NCBI RefSeq assembly: GCF_009914755.1
Contig: NC_060926.1
Strand: one strand, 5' to 3'
Length of the DNA stretch: 64,000 nucleotides
Source: the human T2T-CHM13v2.0 reference genome, Homo sapiens
Part shown: in pieces, positions 1-12,240 of the stretch
How the letters are laid out: each line of letters starts with the position of its first letter
Position numbering within the stretch: position 1 is the stretch's first letter
Translations under genes and position numbers: made by a program
The notes under the pieces: model-generated
Database searches by the model: none
The model's input: the letters and a program-made list of their open reading frames with translations, nothing else
Told to the model about the DNA's origin: nothing

Positions 1-271
1 TTGAAAATATCGTAACCTAAAAATGCATTTAATACACCTAACCAACTGAACATTGTAGCTTAGCCTTGCTTCTTTAAATGTGCCCAGAACACTTACATTA
101 GCCTACAGCTGGACAAAACTGGCAACATAGTTCACTGTAGAGTATCAGTTGTCTACCCTTATGATTGTGAGAGAGTATCATACCACTTTCCACTGACTTT
201 ATATCATTTTTGTACCATTGTAAAGTTGAAAAATCCTAAGTCTAAACATCTTAAATCAGGGACTGTCTGTA
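1..271 (+). mobile_element. Tigger4-family (TcMar-Tigger) non-autonomous DNA transposon, 3' part
   Basis: AAAATGCATTTAATACACCTAACC...CAGAACACTTACATTAGCCTACAG and terminal GGGACTGTCTG+TA match the Tigger4 consensus as recalled. Confidence 0.75.
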
Positions 272-344
272 TTTCAACATTTTATTACTATTTCCAGATA
301 CATCCTAGAAAAATCCCTCTGCTTTAATTTAAGTTGCTTTGTGA

Positions 345-830
345 TTCATTCATTCATTCACTCACTCATTCATTCATTTATTCTTCAACAATTACCAAGC
401 ATATACTTTGTGCTTGGCCCTCTGCTATGCTCTGGGGATTCATTCATAAATCAGACCTCCTGCCTGCCCTCAGAGAGCTTACAATTCAGTAGACATCATA
501 TACATGTAAACATAGACATATGTGCAAGTAATAAAGGGTTGTGCATCTGCAAAAGGTACAGTGAGCACATAAAGGAAGATGTCAGCTCTGCACTGAGGTG
601 TGGAGCTAGGAGCATCTTAATAGAGGAAGTGATCATTGGAGTTTTTGTTTTAAAGGATTCACCAAATGGACAAAATGGAGTCGGGGGAGAATTTTCCAGC
701 AAAGAGCAGAGTATCCAAAAGCCTTGAGGTGGAAATGACTGAGGTGGACTCCGAAATTGGATTCTAAATTCCCTATGGTGAGGCATGGTGGGCTGGGGAT
801 ACTAGAAGTCAGCAGGTCACTATGACTATG
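345..830 (-). mobile_element. L2 LINE 3' fragment with (ATTC)n tail
   Basis: (TTCA)n followed by typical antisense L2 3' sequence (CCTGCCCTCAGAGAGCTTACAATTCAGT); explains ORF 341..727. End approximate. Confidence 0.65.
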
Positions 831-940
831 GCTTGATTTACTGTATGTGTGATTGGAAATAATACATTTATATTAAAGCCTGTAAGGCTATTACAAGGCA
901 GGATACAAGAATATCAAAACTTATTTTAAAACAAAAGACT

Positions 941-1207
941 TCCCAGCACGTTGGGAGGTTGAGGCAGGAGGATCACTTGAAGCCAGGAGTTTGAGATCAG
1001 CCTGGACAACATAGTGAGATGCTGTGCCTACAAAAAAAAAAAAAAAAGCAGCTAGGCATGGTGGTGCATGCCTGTAGTCACAGCTACCTGGGAGGCTGAG
1101 GTGGGAGATTCACCTGAGCCCACGAGTTCCAGGTTGCAGTGAGCCATGATTGCCCCACTGACTGCACTCCAGCCTGGGTAACAGAGCAAGACCCTGTCTC
1201 TAAAAAA
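941..1207 (+). mobile_element. Alu (AluJ-like), 5'-truncated
   Basis: Dimeric Alu with A-rich linker and GGAGGATCACTTGA/ACCCTGTCTC J-type features. Confidence 0.9.
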
Positions 1208-1285
1208 GTAAATATAGATAAGTAAATGTTTTAAAAGAATTCAAAGACATGTCAAGGTTTTTGCAGACTGTTTCAGGGTATACCC

Positions 1286-1653
1286 TTGCCCTAGTCTGTT
1301 CAGGCTGGTATAAGAGATATCACAGACCAGGTAGCATAAAAAAAGAAATTAATTTTCTCACACTTCTGGGGGAAGAAGTCTCAAATGCAGGTCTGGCAGG
1401 GGCAATTCTGGTGAGGGCTGTCTTCCTGCTTTGCAGATGGCAGCTTTCTTGCTGTGTCTTCACATGGTAGAAAGAGAAAGCGCTAGTGTCTTTTTCTCTT
1501 CTAAGGACACCGGCTCTATCAGACTAGGGCCTCCCTCTCACACCCTCACTTAACCTTTGTTACCTCCTAATAGGCCTTGTTTTCAAATGCAGTCACATGG
1601 GGGTTTAGGGCTTCAATATACAAAATTTAAGGGGGACAGGTTGGTTCCTAGCA
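1286..1653 (-). mobile_element. MaLR LTR (MLT1A-like)
   Basis: TTGCAGATGGCAGCTTTCTTGCTGTGTCTTCACATGG and GCAGTCACATGGGGGTTTAGGGCTTCAATAT are typical of antisense MLT1A. Confidence 0.7.
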
Positions 1654-2322
1654 TGGAATCCAGGTAATGAAGATGGTACTTCTTTTACCCACCTCTTCAT
1701 TGCAAACAGTCAGCAGGCACTAATACGGCTTTCAAGAAACTCGATGTGAAAGTTATAAAGAAAGGAGAATCTCACAAGAAGGCCAGATAAGTGACCTGCA
1801 GACAAATCACAAGGACCCTGCATTTAGGCTAAGGCTGTCCCAAAGGCGGCAGGAAGCCCCTGAGAGGGAGAGTCTTGATTGATTTAGGTTTCTGGAACAT
1901 ACTTCTGGCTGCAGTCGGCAAGTATTTAAGGGAAAAGCCTGGAGGCAGAGAGACTGGTTAGGAGGCTCTGGCCCTGGGCAGGTGAAAAGTTGAGGCTTGA
2001 CAGGTTATATATAAATGAAAGATGTTTGGGGGATAAAATTAAATAAATTGATGCCCTATTTGATTTGGGGGGAAGAGAGAAGGCAATGGAAACCTGTGGG
2101 TGACTCACAGGTTTTTGGCTTGGGTAAATGGTATTCCTCTGTTCTGGATTTCAGGGGAGCAGAAATCTGCTCCAGAACTCACCTCTTGAGATCTAACCTA
2201 CTTACAAACAGTAATCAAGTCCCCTCCTGTTCTTGGTTTCCTGAGCTCTTCCTCCATTTTTCTCACATTAAAATCCAGTTGTTGGCAAGTTAGAGCAAAC
2301 ACAGGTGTGGAAAAAAAAGGGA

Positions 2323-2614
2323 GGCCAGGTGCAGTGGCTCATGCCTGTAATCCCAGCACTTTAGGAGGCCCAGGCAGGAGGATTGCTTGAACTCAGGAGT
2401 TCAAGACCAGCCTAGTCAACATGACAAAACCCTGTCTCTACAAAAAGTACAGAAGTCCCAGCTACTCGTGAGGCTGAGGTGGGAGGATCACTGAGCTGGC
2501 TCCCTGATTGCTCAGTGATCACTGGGGTAGGAGGATCACAGGGAGGTCAAAGCTGCAGTGAGTCGTGATCACACCACTGCACTCCAGCCTGGGCGACAGA
2601 GTGACACCCTGTAT

Positions 2615-2660
<46 letters not shown>
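2323..2660 (+). mobile_element. Alu (AluJ-like) with internal deletion and hairpin insertion
   Basis: GGCCAGGTGCAGTGGCTCA start and A/(AAAAG)n tail; start of right arm deleted; extra sequence at ~2497-2540. Confidence 0.9.
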
Positions 2661-2851
2661 GGGCTTCTCTGGGTTGAAGGTGGTGGACACTTGCTGTTTT
2701 TGATCACCCAGTTGTTCTTCCACCCTGGTAGATCAAGCCCTTCACTGTGCTCTGTAAAGTCTTGGTGGACTGTCAATCAAATTAAGCCAATCTAATTGGC
2801 TTTACTGGGTCACTTGATCCCAAGATAGTCAAACAGATTCACCAGGAATAC

Positions 2852-3161
2852 TTTTTTTTTTTTTTTGAGATGGAGTCACACTCTGTCACCCAGGCTGGAG
2901 TGCGGTGGTGCAATCTAATCACTGCAACCTCTGCCTCTGTTCAAGCGATTCTTGAACGGTTCAAGTGAATCTCCTGCCTCAGCCTCCAGAGTAACTGGGA
3001 TTACAGGTGCTGCCACCACACCCAGCTAATTTTTGTATTTTTGGTAGAGACAGGGTTTCACCGTGTTGGTCAGGCTGGTCTCAAGCTCCTGACCTCAGGT
3101 GATTCACCCAACTTGGCCTCCCAAAGTGCTGGGATTACAGGCATGAACCACCGGGCCCAGC
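2852..3161 (-). mobile_element. Alu (AluS-like)
   Basis: Poly-T then antisense Alu; TSD-like TTCACCAGGAAT / TTCACTAGGAAT flanks; inverted to the 2323 Alu with ~190 bp spacer. Confidence 0.9.
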
Positions 3162-5321
3162 TTTCACTAGGAATCTTGAACGGCTTGATACTGGACAGAA
3201 AATGTCCTGAAGGGGTAAACTGTACTGTATGCCCTGCTACCTTGATCCCAAGACCTTCCCTTCTTCCTGCCCTTTCTAAGACAAAGGGATTCAGCATTTC
3301 TTATGATGTTGTGAGCTGGCCTGTATCCTTTCAGTAAATTCTGTTTTTTTTTTTTTAAATTTAACATATTTAGTTTCCATTATTTGTAACTAAGGAACCC
3401 TAGCTGATGTCCAGAGAGTGGCAAGAAAGTCCCAGTACCCCACAACTGTCTCTGTTGGGCCCTCCTTGGACTGCGGGTGGAGCCCAGAGTTCTGCTGCCT
3501 CATTATGGCCATCACATGCTCTGTGTAGTCCCTCTGCCCATCTGTGGCAGGGAGTCAGGTTTGTCCCCTTCATGTCGAAACCATCTTCCCATCTATCCCA
3601 GGCTCAGTTGACAACCCTATGGAAATTACTTCAGCTGTCTTGCCCAGCTGTCACACTGTACGGAGGAGGGAGTCATCAACGAGGGGATGGTGGAAGACTG
3701 TCCACAGGACTGTCCCCAGAGAGGGCATGGAAAGGACAGCAGAGGCTCTGGCTGCTAAAGAGAAAGTGAAAATGGAGAATCATAAAGGGAGGGAACGAAA
3801 GATGGAGGTGGCCTCAGGTGAGCTCTGCCAATGCAACATTAGCTTTCCTTACTTTTTTTTTTTAAAGGTACTATTTCCAGGATCTGCTGCCAGTAGTTTC
3901 TGAAATGCCAGGTCTGAGTGCCAGGGTAAGCTGGAAAGCCAGCCAGTCAGGACTGCAAGTGCCAGAAGATTACAAACACAGCCACTCAGCGCAGCTTGCT
4001 GGATAGCCCCGTGCCTTCTCATTTCTGCCAAATGGATGTGGCCATCAAGGTAATCTTCCAGGCCTCTGGTCCAGGTGCAGGCCCAAAGAGGCAGACTCAC
4101 CCTGGAACCCTGGAGCTGGCCTCTGGCAATGGTTTGGGGGCTTTAATGAATGGTCCTCCTTGTCACATTCAGGCAGGTCTGTATCCATCAGAAATTCAGC
4201 TCTCTCCATATCTCCTGCTGCCAGGAGTGATTGCAGAACATCTGTCAGTAGTTGGATCAGGACTCACTTCTGTCTCTATAATCTTTTGAGTTTTCTTTAA
4301 ACAAAGAGGCTTACTACCTTCTTCCCCATCCTCCTTCCAAAAGTAAGCTGTCAAAGGGCATTAATACAGAGATGTTTGTGTTTTATGTTTCTAGAAAGAA
4401 ATATCAAAGGCAACGATAATACTAGAAGAATTGCCCTGAGAGGGCACTCACTATCTATCCCATACGCATCACAAATCTAAATATCAGGTAACTGATATTC
4501 GGTCTAAATATCAGGCCTTAGGTATAAATTTATTATTTATTGAGCACTTATGATGTTCCAGGCATTGTGCTAGGTGCTATCCAGGAAGGCTCTGAGGAAC
4601 TTAGTTTCCTGTTTAATAGGAGACAATGACAGGGTCATAAATAACTGGAGTTCAAGGTCTAACATTCAGCTAAGGTTCAGCTCAGAGCACAGAAGTTGTG
4701 GTAGGAAAGGTCTGTTTCTAAATTACCCCTCCTCCAACTGCCATCAGGGAAATGTCTGGTCCACTCTTTGGTACTTATCACATATCTCCTTGGATGGTCA
4801 GCTCTCCTTGTAGGTGTGTGCATGTCTCTCCACTTATAGGGGAGGGCAGGGAGAGATTCACCTTTGACCTTGTATCTCAGAAGAAAGTGAGCGCTGATTG
4901 ATGGACTGGTTGGCTCAGGAAAATTCAGGGATTTTCAGGGTTCACTTTAGGGCTCCTTATGAGTGGCAGTTCAGGAAGGAGACATTTACTCATCATTTTA
5001 TACCCTTCTGTACTCTCTGAGATTTGTTCAATATCCTTAAATATTTAGTGCCTGGTGCCAATTGTCTCTGAGTGCAAAATTGGCCCTGGTTTGTACGATG
5101 ACATTCAATGTAACAATTTTTAATGGTGTTTTATGAAGAGCACTGAATTCTGGATCCTCTAGTAGAGGAACATGTTTGGCTGTGAGTGTATTAGCTGGAT
5201 CAGGCAGGTTGGATGTGCTTCTGATAACTGAAAAAAACACAAAAGGGACATAACAAGCACATAGTGGCAGTTTGGTTTTCCTTCTTAATGACAAGCAGCC
5301 TTTAAAAACTACATATTCTGA

Positions 5322-5819
<498 letters not shown>

Positions 5820-7679
5820 TTAGCTCTGTTGAAAAGTTTCTATCAGACTTTATTGCCAAGGACCTTGGCCAAGAAGCTGATTGTTTTCAGAAGAGGTCTT
5901 AAACACTCAACCTTCCCATGGCCTTCATATCAGTGCCTTCCTTCCAAAAGCCTTTTCCCTTCTCCCCAAAGTGAAGACAAGTGCTGGAGTAGATGGAAGT
6001 TCAGCAACTTCAAGATAAATGCCAAATTACAAGGACATACTCACCTGCAGTTGCTATTGTCAGCCAGGCACTGGGGAAACAGGCCGAGCGGGCTCTGGAG
6101 CAGGCCCACTGGAATCCAGGCTGTACCAGTTATGGGGCCTTTGGCAACTTAGTTACTTAACATCTTTGAGTCTTACTTTCTTCATCGGTAAAATAGGAAT
6201 TAAAATATCTGCTTTGCAAGATTGTAAAGATTTGAAGTAATAAATTAATCCATAGTGATATGATTAAACTTTCATTCATCCATCAAACATTACATGTTGA
6301 CTATGTGTTAAGCAGTATGCTGGGTGCCAGAGATGTTTCAAATATTAATTCAACATGCCATTGCCCTGCAGGGATTCAAACCTAGAACAAGAGGTGAAAA
6401 ATGTAACAAATACATTAAATCAGGTGATGAATGCAATAATAAAATATGTACCAAGTTTACTGGGTCTTACAAAATAGGAGTGAAATTCAGAATTCAGAAA
6501 TTACAATAACAAGTACTGTTTTGATAAGTATGATGATTTCTTCCCAAAGAATTGCTTATTATACTTAATTAGTTCATTTATTAAATAGCTCAGATGCCCC
6601 ATATGGGTCAAAAAGTCAAGACAGCGTCTCTGTCTCTTTTTCCTGTTCCTACTGCCTCTGCTTGGTTGAAGGTGGCATCACCTGCAGGCTGGTGACCTGC
6701 AGCAGCCTCCTAGCTGAACTTTTTACCTCTAGATGTGCCCGTCACCATCCATTTGTTTGCTAATTGTTGTTGATATTAGTAATAGTTCGTCATACCTGTA
6801 CAGTATTCCACTCATTTACACTCTTTCCTCAAAAGGCATCTAAACTGACCTTCACTACAACTAAATGAGATGTAGGAAGAACAGAGTGATTATCCTTATT
6901 TTTAAGGAAAGTGAGAGCCTTAGAAGCCAAATGACTTATATGGGGCCAAACTGAAACTGAAGTTCATCCCTTCCGAGTCCAAGCCCAGTACTTTCCTTTC
7001 CATGTCTCTCAAGCAAAGGCACTGGACTCTTAAATAATATTATGGCTTCTTGTTTCTCAATGTAACTGACAAGTTTGTTCGTTGTTAGAGCTCAGGAGAA
7101 ACATCTGTTTGACTAGAGATGTCTGGCATTCCCAGTCACTCTTGCCAACCTGAGATTAATTAGGGAGTGCAACTGAAGTCCTCTCCTCTTCCAGAGGCCT
7201 CTTGAGTCAAGCTCCTGTCATTGGCCTAGGGTCAGTTTTCACAGCCAGAAGGAGGTTCTGGGTGAAACCCCTGGCAGACAGGGTTTTTTCCTTGCTCACG
7301 CTCCAAGGGGCACCCTCTGAGGGGCCAGGGCTGGGGTGTAGGAACAGAGTGTGCCAGACACAGCTCTGGTTCAAGACGGCTGCTGGGCAGTGTCCGGGCT
7401 TCTTGTTCTGGCGTTACAATAATTGTCTTCTGAGCAGCACTTGATTCTGTTTCATTAATTTCCCATATTCCCTTATATGTTCATTCATTCATTTATCCAT
7501 TGATTCAACATATATGAAGCACTATTTAAGCACTAAGTATGCAAATCAGAAAAAAGACACAGTCCTGGCCTCTTCCTTCCATCTCTCTGAGGACTTGTAC
7601 TGATTGCATCAGTCCTGTACCTGCTTCACTGACCCCACGTCACAAAGGAATGCCACAAGCTCACAGCCCTCCTGCCAAC

Positions 7680-7980
7680 ATGACCAAGTCTGGTACCATG
7701 TGACCTGCCCTTGCAGCCCAGGCTGATTGGACTAGGGCTGGGCACCTCACCCAGAATAGATATACAATTGGCTGACCCCTAATGTGGCCCTCTGGGAAAG
7801 TCTGAGCCACATCAATCAGATCCATGCTCCTGGAAATTTGAATTAGGAAATACAGAGTGATGGAGGCAGTGCAGAGGCACAAGCTGTAGGGCTGACTTGT
7901 CATTGAGTCCGGGCCATGGCTGGCTGAAACCACATGTAAGCTAAAGTGATGGAGAAGAAGAAACTGTGATTAAAGTTCAA
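7680..7980. mobile_element. Old ERVL-class LTR fragment (LTR16-like)
   Basis: CATGTGACC...GGCTGATTGG...GGGCACCTCACCCAG and CCTGGAAATTTGAATT motifs resemble LTR16-type LTRs; boundaries approximate. Confidence 0.4.
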
Positions 7981-7984
7981 GGGA

Positions 7985-8417
7985 GGCTTACACCTGTAAT
8001 CCCAACACTTTGGGAGGTCGAGGTGGGAGGACGACATATGACACAGTTTGGCTCAATCATAGGACCTCATATACTTGGCTCTAAAAGGTGGGTGACTATC
8101 CACATGGGACTGAATGAAATCCTCTGTTTAAGTGGCAAATTGCCTCTTGTCCCTGACAAGACAATTCAGTGGCATGGACAGCCACTGAACTCAAGTGTGG
8201 CTCATCTACTTGTTTATCATTTGCGTGTTTGTTTTGACAGTGTGCTGGAACCCACTGCTTATGACCACAAACCCCTAAACCTTGCCATTTCCCTCCAGTT
8301 ATGAAGCACATTCTATAGCCTTGTTGTCTGAACCCATGTACCTTGAAGAAAGTTCAAGACCAGCTGGGCAACAAAACAAGACCCTACTTCTATCAGAAAA
8401 AAAAAAAAAAAAAAAAA
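7985..8417 (+). mobile_element. Alu monomer (FLAM-like) split by a 312-bp insert
   Basis: Left part GGCTTACACCTGTAATCCCAACACTTTGGGAGGTCGAGGTGGGAGGA (7985-8031); right part AGTTCAAGACCAGC...ACCCT + poly-A (8351-8417). Confidence 0.8.
8034..8345 (-). repeat. Inverted duplication, copy 1 (312 bp)
   Basis: Reverse complement of 10028-10339; manual alignment gives ~16 mismatches and no indels. Confidence 0.95.
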
Positions 8418-9149
8418 GAAGTGCAAGAGATACAATGGTGAACAAATAAACAAAACTCCTCTCCACCTGGAGCAAAAATCTTGACACAGTGCTTGCATGA
8501 ATACAAGGCCCTATGTAGTCTAGATCTTGCACACTCACCAGCTTCATGTTCCCAACAAGGGCTCTAGGCGTGTTGCAATTTGCAGCTCCAACACGCGATT
8601 TCTGAGACATGGTGGGATTCTTTCCATCATAGTATTTCTGTGTGGAATGTGCTTTCTCCACCTCTTAATGCTTGCTCAACAGCAAGCTCAGCACAAACAC
8701 CATCTTCGCCTGGAACTTTTTGCTTGACTGAGGCTCCATTTCCCCATCCCAGTGAAAGTGGGAAGCCCTTCTGTGTGTTTATATAGTGCCCTATATGTAT
8801 GCCCTTACAACACTATCTTTTACATTTGTTCATTCATTCATTCACCTATTCAACAAACTTTTTTTTTAAGCACCATCTCTGTTAGGTGCTACGGAATAAG
8901 ACACAGCCCTTGGCCAAAGGTCTCCCCATCTTTTAGGGGAAAACATATGGAACTGAGAAAATGTCATTCAGTTTGAAAGGTGCTGAGATCTTTGTAATTG
9001 TTAGCTGCTCATTGGCCTTCCCATGAAACTGTGATTTTATTGCAGCCAAGGACTTTGTCTCCATCTCCTCAGTAAATAATTGTTGAATGAATAAATATGA
9101 GGAGACTCATCTAAGATTGATGAGTTTTGCTGGAGAAATAGGGACACTA

Positions 9150-9477
9150 TTTTGTTTTTTTATTTTATTTATTTATTTTTTGAGACAGTCTCACTCTATC
9201 ACCCAGGCTGGAGTGCAGTGATGCAATCTTGGCTCACTGCAACCTCCGCCGCCCAGGTTCAAGCAATTCTCCTGCTTCAAGCAATTCTCCTGCTTCAGCC
9301 TCCTGAGTAGCTGGGATTACAGGCACCTGCCACCATGCCCGGCTAAATTTTGTATTTTTAGTAGAGATGGGGTTTCACCATCTTAGTGAGGCTGGTCTTG
9401 AACTCCTGACCTCGTGATCCACCTGCCTTGACCTCCCAAAGTGCTGGGATTACAGGCGTGAGCCACCATGCTGGGCC
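9150..9477 (-). mobile_element. Alu (AluSg/Sc-like) with 18-bp internal tandem duplication
   Basis: Antisense Alu; TTCAAGCAATTCTCCTGC x2 at 9258-9293. Confidence 0.9.
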
Positions 9478-10027
9478 ATAGAGGTCACTATTTGGAAGAC
9501 ACTTTTCAATTGGTTTCTCATCTTGGAAATTCACTTTCTTTCTCTGCAGCCATTCCAGTATCACTTTCCCAGGGAAGGGGAAGGGGAGGAAGGCAAGTGC
9601 TACATAGAGAAGGAAGACATGACCTAGCCACAGTTCTGATTAAAGAGGAAGGGGAAGTAGGAAGCCTTTCTGGGCAGGAAGGAGAAAGAACGACAAAAAG
9701 TCAGACCTGAGTGTTCTTAACTCTTCTTTCACTTGGGGTTCAACCTGGAGAGTGCCATCAGGGGAAAACACCCAGATAGACTTGGGGGAACATCTAAGAA
9801 CATGGTTACTCCTTGCTTCTTCAGGGATAGCTGGAAAGACTGAATATATCTTCAAAAAGACTCATGAGAGGCATAGTCCCACTTCCTCCCTGATGCTGGA
9901 AGATAGAAGTGGCTGAGGGCTGTCCGGATGGATGAGCTAAGCTAGCACTTCCCGTGGCCCTTGCCTTTCAAATGATAAATGGTCAGGGCCAAGATATCCA
10001 GTGGGTTCCAAGAAGAATGATGGACTA

Positions 10028-10339
10028 CAAGGTACATGGGTTCGGACAACAAAGCTATAGAATGTGTTTCATAACTGGAGGGAAATGGCAAGGTTTAGGG
10101 GTTTGTGGTCATAAGCAGTGGGTTCCAGCACACTGTCAAAACAAACACACAAATGATAAATGAGTAGATCAGCCACACTTGAATTCAGTGGCTGTCCATG
10201 CCACTGAATTGTCTTGTCAGGGACAAGAGGCAATTTGCCACTTAAACAGAGGATTCCATTCAGTCCCGGGTGGATTGTCACCTACCTGTTAGAGCCAAGC
10301 ATATGAGGTCCTATGATTGAGCCAAACTGTGTCGTATGT
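10028..10339 (+). repeat. Inverted duplication, copy 2 (presumed donor)
   Basis: The same peptide MCFITGGKWQGLGVCGHKQWVPAHCQNKH appears in ORFs 9954+ and 8096-; direct sequence comparison confirms the repeat. Confidence 0.95.
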
Positions 10340-12240
10340 TCCCATCCCTGCAGCTAGTGGAATTGAACTCCTTTCAGAAGACAGGTGTGTTTGCAGTGGA
10401 GGGTACTAAGCAGATAAGTATTTTAAAAATAAAAATAATAGTGGATTCTGATGATTGTCCACTGCCTCAGGTTAGCTGAAATAGCTGCATATCCACCACT
10501 GACTGTCGCCTAGCCAGGAGGAGACACAGTCTCTCAGCCTTGGAGACAGTTTCACCTTGAAACCATTCTGCCAGTCAGATAATCTGGTTACTTCTTACAC
10601 ATACATTTCACTGAGCTACACCTTTGCTTAGGGCAGCTTTACACCTCCTTCTCAAAACCAGTTACTTCCATAAAGGATCTGGGATACATGGAGGTGGAGT
10701 TAATACATTCAAAGGAATAGTCAGACCTGGCAAGAAGGTGAGTTTCTAATAGAGATGTTTCCAATTAATCATCCTCACATTTCAGATGGGGATAGAGCAG
10801 AGAGCCACCAAGGGCCTGCCAGCCCAGGCCTGCTTGCTTACACAGCTCCATTACAGCCTGTTGTGCAAGCAGCTGACCACCAGGACCCACCCCTTGCTAA
10901 TGGGCATGCGGCTCAGAGTTAAGTGTTTCTGGGTGTGAGGGTCCAGAGGGTCATAATTGAGAACTGCTGTGCCCCTCAGCCACTTACTCAGGTTGCGTTC
11001 CAGGGATCAGTGGGTCTGTGTGGGAACCTGCAGTTGAGCCTACCAGGGTCTTACCAGAGCTCAAATTTGTATCTAGGCAAAGCCAAAAGCTTTGTGGTCA
11101 TAAGCGGTGTGTTCTTCCTTAGAGGAAGAGGCAAACAATTCAGAACGGCTCCTGGATAGACAACACTACATACAATCTAGGCAGATGTGGAAACATCTGT
11201 CCGATGATGAGCCAGTTCTCCCTGTCTTCTGGTTGAGGGGCAGAGGCAGTGGTAGGTAGAGGAGATACTGGCTGCTCAGAGCTATTTGCTATCAAAGGGT
11301 CAAGCAAATGGGCAGAGACATTTCAGCCCTTTCAATGTGATCTTGAAAGGAGATTCCTGTGCTAGGTTACAGGCTGAGTATAAGTGAGGTCAATGGAAAT
11401 TATGTAACCAAGAGGTTAGGGTCAAAGACATCCTGGCTCCCAAAGCTGCCTGCCCCTTGGCACTGGCCCCATTAGATCTGTGATGTTTCTTTCTCAGCTG
11501 CACTCTCCTTTCTGGTTCATACTGTATCCACCACCAAACTGCTGAGCTCCACCATGTGGCTCTAGATTGTTTTCTGTTATAGAGGGAATTATATTGATGA
11601 ATTATGTTTGTCAAAGAAATGTCAAGCTTTCTCTCCCTGATAATGACAAATGTTTGTAACTTTTCTCATTCTGCCAGACTTTTCATTTTATATGTTTGCT
11701 TGATCGTGGGACTCATGATAGATTGTATTATTATTCAAAATATTTGCTGTTCCTCCCTGGGAGAAAATTATACTTCCCCCACTGTCTTAGTCCATTTGTG
11801 CTGCTGTAACAGAATACCATAGACTGGGTAATTTATAAATGATGGAATTTGCTGTCCCTTCAGTCACCGCCCCCACCTTGGTCTGTGCCTCCCTTGGAGC
11901 TGCTGCCTTTGAAGTCGGTGGCCCAGCAGGACTTCAGCCCTTTCTGTCACTGTGGCTCGCTTGAGTGGAGCTCTGTGGCCCACCACATCTGCACCACTCC
12001 CAAATCTGGCCAGTAACTTCCAGCTGCAGCAGTGTGATCTCTCCAGATGACCAGGAGGGATGTGCCCAACTGGGATCTACCCTTTCCCTTCCCAGGCAGG
12101 GAGATCTGGTTCCTCCCACCACCAAATCCAGCGAAGCCATTGGGTTTTGGGGTAGGGAAGCCAAGGAATTACAAAAGCTGAGTGGTAAAGAGGGGCTGAA
12201 GGGGCTTGTGGTGAGGGTATCAGTGACTGGGGTGGGAGAT

